Origin: Amoebophrya sp. A120
Taxonomy: Eukaryota; Protista; Dinoflagellata
NCBI GenBank assembly: GCA_905178155.1
Contig: CAJINV010000001.1
Coordinates: forward strand, 14,157,265-14,221,264
Length of the DNA: 64,000 nucleotides
Reading direction: 5' to 3'
Below the pieces are notes generated by a model that saw only the letters and a list, made by a program, of their open reading frames with translations, had not been told where the DNA came from and searched no databases. Positions within the stretch are counted from its first letter, which is position 1. Every line of letters starts with the position of its first letter. This document shows, in pieces, positions 47,782 through 58,913 of this stretch. The translations under genes and the position numbers were made by a program.

Positions 47782-50700
47782 TCACAAGTTCTTTTTCTCC
47801 CTCAACTCTGTTTCTGCCTCGTCGCTAGGATTGGTTGTTCCTGCTTTCACCGCGAAGCTCGATCGCAGTTGCCGCATGGAACGCCGTCGCCAGTCGCGAT
47901 AGCTTGCGCGGCACTGTATCCCGAGGGCTTGTGGCACGGAAATGTTTTCTTGTCGACTCATGTTCCGGGTTCTCCGAGCCTGACCTGTGTAGTGGTCTTC
48001 CTCAAATGTCCTATTTGCACGATCCTGCTCGTTCGCGCTACTTTCATGGGCAGACAAGGCGCTCCGCGGCTGTGCCGTCGTTCCGTCTGAGCGCGGGCCT
48101 GCCTTGGACGACCTCATATCGCCGCCACTCGCTTGAAAAAACGTCGCACCTGCCTCCGCCAAAGCACCTTCGTGCTCCGCTTCCTGATCATCCGCCAGAA
48201 TCGCTTGCAGCACCTGCCCCTTGCGCGTGTTTTCCAGGAAGTCCTCGAGCAGTGGGAATGCGTAGTGGTACCCGAGGGTCTTCAGTTCGTCGAACTTGTC
48301 AAAATCAAGCAAGTTGTAGGTGTCGATCGGCGGCCGGAGGGAGAGATCAACGAAGCGAAAGAAGTCCTTGTAGATCTGCACGTTGGCCATGTTTAGCACT
48401 CGGTCCTGCACCATGGAGCTCGTCGGTGGCTGCGGAGTAGCCGGGTCTGTATCACTTTTACTTCCGAACCACTTGTGCCACAGCATCTTCCACCCACTGC
48501 AAGTGTCGCCGTAGTTGGGGTCGAAGTGGTCGTACAAGGCCGCGACGTCCACGGTGAGCACGACCCCGGCCCCCAGATCGCGGGCCGTCTGGATGGGAAA
48601 ATTGTTGCTGTAGCAGCCGTCGACAAGGAGACTTGTCACATTCCCGTCGGCATCGCGGTCCCCCGGAAAGGGGGGTACGAACCCAACCAGACTCATACTC
48701 GCCCGCACCGCCCGCCACAACTCGCCGTCGCGGTGGAGTATCCTCTGCAAAAGTATAGCATTACTCCAACGAGGACTCGTAGCAATTGCAACTGCTGGTG
48801 ATCCTGCAGCGGGAGCGCTAGTGCATCATGACAATAGATCTCATTCTTGTCATGATTTCTTCGCCGGTCGTAGTTTTAAATCAGCATCACTACAAACTTG
48901 ATGAATATACATCTTTCATACCCCAGCTGTTCAAATGGTCTTGCAGCTCCTACAGCTGCTACGAATAGGTCGGTAGTTGTAGCGCAGCTATTTTTTCAAT
49001 GCATATGGATGACGGGCTCGCAATTAAGAATGTCGAGCGAGCTACAGGCGAAGGGGACAAGCAGGTCCTCCAGGTGGACACGGGCGAAGGTGGATTTAAG
49101 GAGGTTGTTGTGAAATGCGCCGGAAAAGTAGGACAAAATCGGCCAGGTGAGATCGCTGTACATTTTGGTTCGCGTGAACTGGGTCGCGAACAACCACTTC
49201 GCTTTGTTCAAGCAGATGTCGAAGTCCGGGTAGAGGGCGTAAATCCCCGCGGCCATCGAGCCCATGCTGGTGCCGCATATGATGTCCACTGGCACATCAA
49301 GCTCTAGCAGCGCCTGCAGCACGCCGAAGTGCGCGTGGCCCTTTGCGCCACCGCCACCCAGGATTACCCCGACGGCGCGGTTGTGCAGGATCCTTGCGCA
49401 GCGATCGAGGTCGTGGGCCAGGGTTTTCGCGCCCAGCCGGGCGTGGTGGCAGCGCCGCATGCTCGTGTTTTGGTATTGCCGCAGTTTCTGAATGCGGACC
49501 TTCAGGTAGTGGCGGGTGCTGAAACGACCGCGGATGTTCTTTAAGAGCTTCAACTTCTTCTCCACTTGCGCCTTCACGGCGTTTCGCATCCCGGGGGCCA
49601 GCATGTCACGCCGGGAGCCAAAGGCGAACCGGTCCAGCTGCCCGGCGCCAAATCCTCCGTCCGCACGGTGGTCGCTTTGGATGTAAAGTTCCGTGGCGAA
49701 GTTTTCCAGCTGCAGCTTCAAGTTCTCCGCGGTCAGAGCGCTTGTTGCTGCAGCTCCAGCTTCGCCTTTAGGTTCTGCAGCAACATTAGGAGCGCGTCGA
49801 CTACTTGGATCCCCCCGCTCGTCGAACAGCGGATTTATGTTCAAGGCTTTCGCTTTCGTGTTCTCGCCAAGCTGCTGCATCCCGTCGGCTGTCTCCTCCT
49901 GGAAAACGGCTAGCTTCTTCGGCTCCTTATCCATTTTTGCGCAATCAATACTTGGATGATTTTCGTCCTGATGGTCTGCGGAACCTGTACCAGCGGGCTG
50001 CGCTCCTGGCCCAGTGGCTGAGGAGGTAGCTGCTCCGCCGTGACCGGTGACCAATTCCTCCAACGCGGCGAGGTGCGCTTGCTCGTCCTCGCATGCATCG
50101 CAAAAGTATCGCACTCGTATTAATTACAACGCTTTCTGAAGAGTAAGAGAATTTGCATGACAAATAATTCCAACATCGTTCCTATTCTGAGAAGATTCAT
50201 TGCCATGCAGCTGTTCACACATCATACATACTATGGGTATACGTACAATCCTTTTGCATTGCATACCTCGTGGACAAGGACAAACTCGAGCGGCACGTGG
50301 CGCTTGGTGTACTTCAGCGCGTACATCTCTGCAGTGCCGAGTCGCGGGTTTGGCGACACGTCGTCTTTGCGCACCAGCACGCAGATAAGCACCAGGTCCG
50401 CTTGTCGCAGGCAGACGCGGGTCCACTCGGAGGGAGTGGCGTCCGCGACGTACAAAACACAGTCACTGCGGTCCTCCAAATCGCCCAGCGTGCGCGCTAG
50501 AAGCTGCTTCCCGATGCGCTTGTTCATCTGCGCCTGATCTGCTGCGTCCTTCGTTTTGTTCCGCATTGCAGTCGCCTGCTCCTGGCGATGTCCTCGTTTA
50601 GTCGGTGACGTCGACCCGCCTCCTGTAGCGCCATTCCGATTTGAGTCCGTGTCCGTGGTGCTTGCTGTGAACAACGAACTATCCTGGTCGTGCGCTTTTG

Positions 50701-53700
50701 CGTGGGGCGGCGTGACGTTGCCATCAATATCATCCGGCAGAAAGTTGGCAGTTGACTCCGTCGTGACGTTGTCAACGATCAGGCTTCCCTGGTCGAAGAC
50801 TGGACGAGGCCTGGGCGCCCGGGCACCACGCGACCCACTAGTACTACTGCCGGTGGCCATGGCAAGACGCACATCGTCAAAGCCCGTGAGCCGGTGCGTA
50901 GGCCGCAACTTTCCAATGGATTTTTGCAACTGCGCGCCACACATTTCACGCGTGGCGCTATCGCCTGGGATGAGACATATGGACTGCATATGCGGCCAGG
51001 CACACACACCCGGTTGCTTGGTTGTGCCACTTGCCGTGCCCGTGTCGCGTCCCGTCCAAGGCTTGCCATGCCAACCATTAGGGGCTCTCGCGCCGAGCGA
51101 AGAAGATGCGGGTGTAGGCCCCTGGGCCACGTTTTTGTTCCCGTGATGCGCGAACAAGTTGTTGTTCTCGTCACCGCCCCCGAGAGAATCCAATGAGGCC
51201 GTCGACGATGTTGCGCCAGTTGCCTTGCTGCCCTGCGACACACCTACGCCGGCTGGTGGGCTTTGCATTCCGGGATCGTGACCAAGATCGGCTTCGTCCA
51301 AGCTGCTTTGCCGCGTCAAATTGCTGCCCGAGGTGATGCGCGGGAGCGCCGAACCAGGAGTACTAGCCTTCGCTTTGGCACCGGGAATAGCTGCTGGTGG
51401 TACGACCGCACTACTGGCCCCTGAAGCGGTTGTTGCTCTTCGGTCCTGATCTTCCGCAGTTTCGTCAAACACGAGGCGGGAGCCCCGGTGGACGATGGAC
51501 TTCAAGCGTTTTGTTACGCGGTCCTCGATCTGCGCCTTCAGATTTTGCGTGTTCTTCGTCACGTTCTGCAACACCGTCTGGAAAGGAATGAACCGTGTGA
51601 GATTCTGGCGCGCGCCGGTTAAACGGGCGGCGATCGAGGCGCGACCGTGGCTTGTGGCAGGCTCGTCACCATGCCCCCCGGGCGACAACTCCTCATCCGT
51701 CGACAGACTACGCTTCCGCACGCGCGAAGGCGACTCCGTTTCCAGTGCGTCGGACGAGGAACGCCTCAGTCGATTGGTCGAGGACGCAGGGCTCATGCCC
51801 GAAACTGGACCGGACACGGACGCGAAGTTTATGCTGCGCAAAAGTATCGTACTCGTATAAATGCAGGTCTTGCATTACAAGTTTCTTTATCAAGGCAAAT
51901 CAGCATTACAAATTTTATTTCTCATGCTAAGGAAATTTGTAATGCATTTATACGAGTACGATACTTTTGCACTTCATAAAGTTGTAACTGGTGCGAAAGT
52001 CGTCGCCGTCCCCGAGTTGTTGTGCCGCCACGTTGGCAGCCGCACTATGGTTGGTCCGCTGCTCGAGCTTCTTGCTCTGGTCCTTCGAGAGCAAGTAGGT
52101 TGTGAAATTCAATATGCAGTGCGGGTGTTCCTGGGACAAAATTTGCAGCAGAGTCCGGCTGATGCGCACGACGTGGGAATCCCGCGCAGCATAAGCGGTG
52201 TTGTTGTAGGGGAGCCGCGAAAAGCATTCGCTCTCGCCACAAATCCCGCCCTTGCGTACCAGTTCGTACTGCGACGGCTCGAGGTACTTTGGCTTCTTGT
52301 CGTACAGCTGAAATCGTGGCTGGTACTTCTTTTCCGAGTTTGCTATGATTCTATTCCCGCTACGAGGAGGAGGACCACTTGTTTCATACGCCTGCTGATG
52401 GTGTATCGCAGTTTTCGAGGGCGATGATGTGCTCCCCGAGCGCGCTCCGCCGCCGGAAGCAGCTGTGTGGGATGATCGGTAAATCCCGAGCTGGCGTTCG
52501 GGCACCAGCCACAGCTTCCCGCTGCTCACAATGTAGAAGCCCTGCGCTGACGACTCACCCTCGCGAAACAGCTGCCTGCCGCCGGTCACCAGCCGGGACT
52601 CGACAGCCGCTTCGATGCGCCGCACGGAGGGTTTCACCTTCGGAATCACCGTCTGCAGCAGGTTGAGCGACATTTGCAGGGGGTAGCGCTGGAGCAGCCG
52701 GTCGACCTCTATCCAGGAAAAAACACCCATCCCGATCCATTTTTTGCATGGCAAATAGTGGACTTCATGCATATTTTGCATGACAAATTGGATGGGGATG
52801 GGTGTTTTTTCCTGGATAACCTCGTCGCGATCGATCAGGACGAATCGGCAGGCGGTACGGCATATGCATTGCAAAAGTATCGTACTAGTAGAAATAGCAT
52901 TACAAATTTTTCCAGAAGGAAAAATGGAATTTGTAATGCTGAAAAAGCGAAAGAACCAGACTTGTCATGCATGACTACAATTACTACGAGTGCGGTGCTT
53001 TTGCACAGGATACGGCACCGGTACTGGGAGTACTGCGGGATTCCCGCGAGCACGGCCAGCACGCCGAGCAGCTCGCCCGGCACGGTGATGGCGTACGCCG
53101 CCCGGCCTGAGTGGGGCAGTCCGGAGACGACACCAGGATTGCTGCCGTCTGCAGCGGAGTGCGCTGAGAACATGCTGCCTCGCTCGTCTACTGTGCCGCT
53201 TCTCCCGCTTCTGGGCTGTTGCGTTGACGAAGACACTACCTCCTGCTCATCTACACGCACACCAGCAGACGAGATAGTATTAGGATCAGCGACGACGTCC
53301 ACCGCTGGACTTCTTGCGTTGTGGGAAGGAAATAGCGTTGCGAAAACGCTTGTTGGTAGGTCCATGGAACGGGGGCCGGTGCTCCTCAACCCTGATTCCT
53401 CTTCGTCGTAAGCATTCAAGGCTGAGACCGGCAAAGACGGCGGCTGCTGGTCGTTCTGCGCGCGGTTGGTGTCCGGGTAGTTGTTTGCAGGGTCTGTCGA
53501 CACGGGGTCGCCGTTGCTCGACGCCGAGGCCGACACGAACCGCCTCTGTTCTCGCCGCGGGCGCGGAAAAAAACTGTCTACTTGCCCTTGAAGCAAGATG
53601 GCCAGGGCCGTGGCATTCTTTGGGCCGGAGGAAATCGTGCCTCCACCGGTGACGATCATTTCCGTAACGATTTGTCCAGCTTCCTTGTCCAGAAACCGGA

Positions 53701-55939
53701 CCTTCTCGCCGTTCACACAGTCCGTACTAGGTAGGCCCAACCGCGCAGTCAGAATTTTCTGGGCGTCTTTGTCCTTCTCGATGCCTTTTGTCCACGAGAC
53801 GGGGGGAACTTTTTTGATTTCGCTCAGCGTCGTCTCGCTTTTCGTCGAGGTTGTCCCGCTGGCAGAGTCCTCATCTTCGTCTTCTGCCGGTGCCTCCTTT
53901 GCTCCAGATGTTGCCGAATCGGGACGAGTACCTTGCTGGGCGGCTATATCCTGTGCAAAACTTCTATCGCACTCGTACGAAAACCAAAACGAATTGCAAG
54001 TTTGCATGACAACAAGAAATGATCCTGATAGATCCCCATCCTTATCTGAACCTGCCTAAGAGGAACGAAATCGTATCTATCTTTATGTTAATATCTTGGG
54101 GAGTCTCATTGCCTTGCCGCGATTCATAGTACTAGTGCGATATTACTTTAGTTGCGACGCATAGGCTTCTACGTCGCGAAACAATTTTGCCAAGTTCACG
54201 CCCACGTCGCTGACCTCCCCGGTGTGTAGCAAGTCGTTGCTGAGACCGAAATACTTGTGCAACGTGCTCACCACGATGATCATGCGCGCCAGCAGGTGCC
54301 GAACCAGAAGAAAGACTGCGGTGGGAAAGTAGGCCAGCGCAGGAAGAATTGCCTCTTCTGCCGAGAGCTCGTAAATTTCACCGCCCTTTGCAGAAACGCA
54401 CCGAACGCTGCTTTCGTGTCGCACAGTAGTATCTCCCGCGATAATAGAAGCGAGAACGAAGAGGAAGCCGGCCTGTGTGTGTGGTGGATGAAGTTCTTGC
54501 TTGCGATAATCTCTTGGACCACGTGACGCATGGAAATTATAAGAGTGATGAACCACTTCCAAGAAAGTAGGTATCAATGATTGTTTGAGATGGTGCGCAA
54601 ACAACATGATTATTCATTCTATGTATTGAACCGGATAAGGGTCTTTTGTCACTGCAGGAACGTCTCCGTATGTATTTATGTCTGTACCACAGTTTCGCCC
54701 TTGTGCAGCGTCATAGCTTGCGCGGGCCCGGTGTGCCCGTCGCCTTCGGTATCACCGTCTGCCAGTGCTTGATCTTTCTGGTCGTGGTGGCGCGCATGGA
54801 AAATCTCGAACTTTTATACCATGAAATTACGCCCAAGCCCCTGTCCCCAAAATCTTTATGCAGAATGTGCGTTACATTGATATTGTGGTGAACAACTTGC
54901 AAGCCAGCCTCAGACACAACAAAACGTGTTGGTGCTGCAGTGGTTTCGACCAAATCAGACTCGACGTCACCCGCCAGCACGGCAATACATTCAGTGGGCG
55001 ACGCCGACGCCGACGTCGTGTGTTCCTCATCTCTTTGACGGTCTATGCTGAACGAAAACAAATTTCGGGACCAACACGCATGGCCATGGGAACGATCGAC
55101 GGGCATAATTGTGTTGCATAATTCCCCTCGCTTCACTAGCAGGAAAGCGTCCCGCTTAGCGCCTCGGCGAACCGCAAATTCTCCGCACTGAAACTCACGC
55201 ACACGGACGCGGGAGAGTAAAAACTGGAGACACTTGGGATCCTTGATCAACCTCAGGAATTCGCAGTCCTTCAAAAACTCGGCTTTGACGCCGGAGCCTT
55301 GCTGTAGGGCGGCGTCGATAAGTGTAGCCTCCTGATCGCTCTCCAGCTCCGACAGCGCGTGGTCTTGGTCCCCATCGGAAGCGACTATCGAGGCAACGTC
55401 GTCCTCTTCGCCCGTGATTAGCGGATCGGTCTGTTTTGGGCAATAGAGTTCCAACTACATCTACAGGTTGTAGATCGACTCATTCGACGTCAAAACACTT
55501 CGGCATAAACACATGTTGACCATAACCACGCAATGTCGAGCAGCTAGTGAACTACGAATAGATGAAGCACGGTGCTTCTTGCATCCAGCCACCTTCAGTA
55601 CTACACCAGGAGCGGGCCCTGCGGCCATCCAATATTTGCGGAAAAAGAAAGCAAGAAGCTTATTTTTGAATTCTATCGCACCAACGTAGTAATATTAAGA
55701 AGTGATTATAAGCAGCTGAGTACCTCCATTTGTTCCCATTTTTGCCATACCCAAAATTGGATGAGTTTTCCCAGACACCAAATGAGAATCGCCGGAACGT
55801 AGAGCCAAGCGAATTCCAAGAAGAGAGAAAATCCTCCATGGAAAAGGTAAACGTAGCCGCAAGCCCCGCCCAGAACCATCCAGCGTTGGTCCCAAATCAG
55901 GTTGCTCGCGGAGCCCAGAGAAGGCGATGCTGCGTCCAT
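47782..55939 (-). CDS. NTE1: NTE/PNPLA6-7-type lysophospholipase: N-terminal TM, cNMP-binding domains, patatin domain
   Basis: Patatin motifs GGGGAKG, GTSMG and LLVDGCYSNN; SEWTRVCLRQADLVL; cNMP-like segments (AFLLVKRGEFEI, PGELLGVLA, FYIVSSGKL, GESECF...TAYAARDS). Seven TAT...ATA introners plus GT-AG introns 54473-54687 and 55455-55723. The true start is probably further upstream. Confidence 0.88.
48739..49005. mobile_element. TAT...ATA-class introner, family A
   Basis: Ends TATCCTCTGCAAAAGTATAGC and (rc) TATGCATTGAAAAAATAGC; repeat tggag/tggat. Removing 272 bp gives EPVIH|RDGELWRAVRASMS, a conserved patatin segment. Confidence 0.85.
50092..50265. mobile_element. TAT...ATA-class introner, family A (GT-AG compatible)
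   Basis: Ends CATGCATCGCAAAAGTATCGCAC and (rc) TATGCAATGCAAAAGGATTGTAC; perfect repeat CCTCG. Removing 179 bp gives VLVHE|DEQ; the minus-strand repeat CGAG|G yields GT...AG. Confidence 0.9.
51830..51978. mobile_element. TAT...ATA-class introner, family A
   Basis: Perfect 28-bp inverted repeat at 51838-51865 / 51943-51970 inside TAT...ATA ends; perfect repeat AAGTT. Removing 154 bp gives TSYNF|ASVSG; no GT-AG solution at these ends. Confidence 0.93.
52710..52818. mobile_element. TAT...ATA-class introner, family B (in frame, stop-free)
   Basis: 30-bp TIR TATCCAGGAAAAAACACCCATCCC(G/C)ATCCA (29/30); perfect repeat ACCTC. Removing 114 bp gives IDRDEV|DRLLQRYP. Confidence 0.92.
52863..53012. mobile_element. 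TAT...ATA-class introner, family A
   Basis: Ends TATGCATTGCAAAAGTATCGTACTAGTA and (rc) TATCCTGTGCAAAAGCACCGCACTCGTA; perfect repeat CGGCA. Removing 155 bp gives QYRCR|TACRF. Confidence 0.92.
53947..54163. mobile_element. TAT...ATA-class introner, family A
   Basis: Both ends carry TAT-N5-GCAA and TATCGCACT(C/A)GTAC; repeat ggcta/ggctt. Removing 222 bp gives RDVEA|AQQG. Confidence 0.85.
54815..55120. mobile_element. Degenerate TAT...ATA-class introner
   Basis: Ends TATACCATGAAATTACGCCC and (rc) TATGCAACACAATTATGCCC; repeat decayed. Removing 311 bp gives LLVKRGE|FEIFH, which restores a cNMP-domain strand; boundaries TT...AG. Confidence 0.7.
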
Positions 55940-57486
55940 CCTATTCGTTCCTGCCGCGTCCGCGACGACGAAAAGATTCTACGAGCTCGACATCTATGAT
56001 TACACCCGGTGGTCTGAAGAGAATAGAAAATGGACCATCAATACTGGCAGTCGATGACAATATCAGGCACGGGCACCTTTGCAGCAGGCCAATATCAATA
56101 AAACAATCACAAAATCTTTACCGAAGTACAGATTGATACAGCAAGCGAGAATAGCAACCACAAATTCTGACCATTAAGATGAGCGACGTAACACCAAAGT
56201 ACGCACAGGATAGAAATGGAGTGACTGGTTGACTGACAAGTATAGAAGTCGCCTACATGCTGAGGTAACTAGGACCGGCTATATTTCCTGCTTTCAAACA
56301 GTTTAGTTTGTCTACGGAAACCTCCGCTGATCAAATCAATCCATCCCTTCGCTACGTATCATAATTAGGGAGCTCTCGAAGCTAAGGACTAGTAGGCACT
56401 AGGTGCTGCTTGGACGGGCCACTGTGGTAACATCTTTGGGAGTACAAAATACGTACATATTCCTGACGACAGAACAAGGCCTTTCTGTGCATGCGTATCG
56501 CGAAAGTTCCATCCAGTCGTGTGGTGGAGCTTGGAACTCGCAAACTACGAAAGCATATGCCAATCCGACGATCCTGCGTTTACTCCTATTTGAGCAGAAC
56601 CACAACTACGTCTCAACCGCATCATCGGGATCTTGAAATCAAAATCATACACGGTGAAAATAATTCGTAGCTTTCCGGTAAAGCGGGAACGCGAGAAATG
56701 GGAACGGATTCCACTAGCAGAAGGTGATCCAAACTAAATCCCTTTTTTTGGGTATCCCTCCCGGCAATGGTTGTGATAAAAATCGAAGAAGTTACGTTAG
56801 ACTGATAAGATTCAACAGACTGTCGAGGCGACATAAGCATTGCTGCAACCGAAAAGATAGTGGTGTGGGCAGGGGATCGCTCATTGTTATGGCCACTTTA
56901 GACCTTTTTGTTTTTAGCTGTCAGTCTCCTTCTTGGTTTTACTTTTACCGAAGTCAGAGCAACCGACTCAGTGCCGACCGACTCTTTTTTGTACGCGAGG
57001 AGGCGCGCGCGCGTCTGCATTGGTAATAGACATCGTAGAACAGTTGCTCCTGTATCACTTCGCGCACGCGCGACGTCGAAAAGGCAAAAGTATTGCTCGT
57101 AGCGCAAGCAGCTGGGCTTCTTTTTCTCCCTTTCATTGCCATGTTGGACGTGGTTTGCTTTTTCATCTAAAAGATAAAAAGTCGCTCAAAGATGTTGCTG
57201 AAGTTGGTCAGCTCCGTATGGAAGTTGTGATAGTATAGAACCCAGCAGATCTTCATCAGTCTTGATAGTCGCTTGTAGTCGAAAGAAAATCGCTTTTACA
57301 GATCGGAGACTCAAATCAACACAGCAGGCTTTCTTGATGATGATACCCCCATCATCAATTAGACCCATAATTCGCCGTGATACCGGTTCATTCTTCTGAT
57401 GGTCATCGTCATCACTAGCTCAGCAGAAAGAGAATGAAAGACCCGCAGCCTGCGTCTGTGCTTCGCAAATCGAAAAAAAAACGAGG

Positions 57487-58739
57487 TTAGTTAAAGGGAT
57501 TGTTTGCGTTAGGGCCCGCGCTGCCGGGGGCGGCCTGGTTCCAGAGCTGCAGCCCTTTCTTTTCGCCGTGGTACTTGATGAAGGATTCTGTGGTGTCGTA
57601 GACGTAGTCGTTTTTCATCGCGATAACATCAAAAAGCATGTTGACACAGGAAATCGCTACGCGCCATGTAACATTACATACTACTAAGGCCACCGCCACG
57701 GGTTCCTTCTGTTTCTTCTATGAAACAGAATGACTTTTTCATTTCAAACCATTACTGCAAGGTGCGCTATGCACATGCTGCAACTGCTACTTCTACTGCG
57801 CCAGTGCCTTTATAATATTTGATTCAAGTATACCTTTCGTGAAAGGCCCATTTCCGTCGCTCGGGTCGATGCGCTTTTCCTTTTTCATCGGAGCGGGGCC
57901 GCTCTGCTCCGCGCCGCCCTTTCCACCCTTCTTCTTCATGGAACTCAGACTCTTGGCAACTTCCAACGCGGGCTGTTTCATCGGCTTCGCCTTTCCCTCC
58001 CCTTTGTTTTTCTTGCTTCCATCGTTCTTTCCACCCTTCTTCTGCTCGCCCTGTTTTGGGGCAGCGGACGCCGACGCATTCTCCTGCTTCTTCGACTCGG
58101 GCCCGCCCTGCTTCTTCCCCTTCCCCGGACCCTTCAGCTTGCGCTTGGCCTCCACCATTTGCGAGGACTCCACTGTTTTTATTTTGGTTTGTTTTATTTT
58201 TGCGAAATTGTAGCGAGTCTTTAGCTCCTGCTCCAGTTTCACTTGTTCTAGTTCCTCAGCAGTGACTCAATATCTACAATTCCAAAGACGAGCAGGGCGA
58301 ATTGGGCAAGCAAGGAGGCAGGAGAACCACGGGAAGAAAAAACATCGGAAAACAAACAAGGAAGAGCGAAGGTTGCAACAATGCCAAACAAAACAAGGTG
58401 GGAGAGGGAAAGGGTGAAGTATGTGCATGTCATCATAGTATTCTTGTTGTTCGTTCCACTTGAAGGAACAGGTGGAGAAAGGTACAGCTTCCGTGTCGAA
58501 TGCAACGAAAACGCATCACACTTCTTACGTGCCTCATCCCACAACTGCTGACCCTTCTCTTCGCCGTGGTACTTCAAAAAGCTTGCGTGTGTAAAGGGAC
58601 CATTGCCATCACTTGGGTCCATACGCTTTTCGATCATCTTCACTTCGCCGACGGGCTGCGAGCTGCCCTTTCCGTGGCGGGGCTTGTCATTGGATTTGAT
58701 GACCCCCTTCTGGCTTCCTTTCTTGCCCGGCTTGCCCAT
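57487..58739 (-). CDS. Lys/Gly-rich protein with two copies of a ~35-aa EKRxDPSDGNGPFT..SFxKYHG..KGxQLW motif
   Basis: GT-AG introns 58266-58528 and 57588-57833 join three ORFs; the second intron splits and reconstitutes the second motif copy. Confidence 0.8.
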
Positions 58740-58848
58740 TTTATTGCAGCGTGGTTGTGAGAAGTATTCAAGGATGAATTAGAAGAAAGACCTCTTAGCA
58801 AAAGTCGGTGTTGGAAAAAGAAGGTCCGTGTCGTCGAGATACTACAGA

Positions 58849-58913
58849 TAATCTCAGTGATACAACTCAGGACAGGAACAACTAATCTCAGTGATACAAC
58901 TCAGAACAGAAAC
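58849..58913. repeat. 34-bp-period tandem duplication upstream of the 57487..58739 gene
   Basis: TAATCTCAGTGATACAACTCAG(G/A)ACAG(G/A)AAC at 58849 and 58883. Confidence 0.85.

Noticed and set aside
48605-48630. DGC instead of DGG in the patatin catalytic Asp motif
   Set aside because: The Asp is retained and this variant occurs within the NTE family; not evidence of inactivation.
51838-51970. Perfect 28-bp inverted repeat taken as the full element, or as a terminator or REP-like hairpin
   Set aside because: Removal is in frame here, but the same inner boundaries at 52871-53004 create a TAA. The outer TAT...ATA ends with 5-bp repeats explain all family members.
54809-54898. AACTT direct repeat suggesting an 85-bp intron
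   Set aside because: Removal leads to a stop within about 20 codons; the larger 54815-55120 element gives the correct cNMP-domain frame.
47782-55939. Fragmented patatin, CC2D2A and C69 ORFs read as pseudogenes, frameshifting or stop-codon reassignment
   Set aside because: Apart from one CC2D2A junction, each break coincides with a discrete GT-AG intron or TIR element whose removal restores the frame and conserved motifs; exons contain no internal stops.
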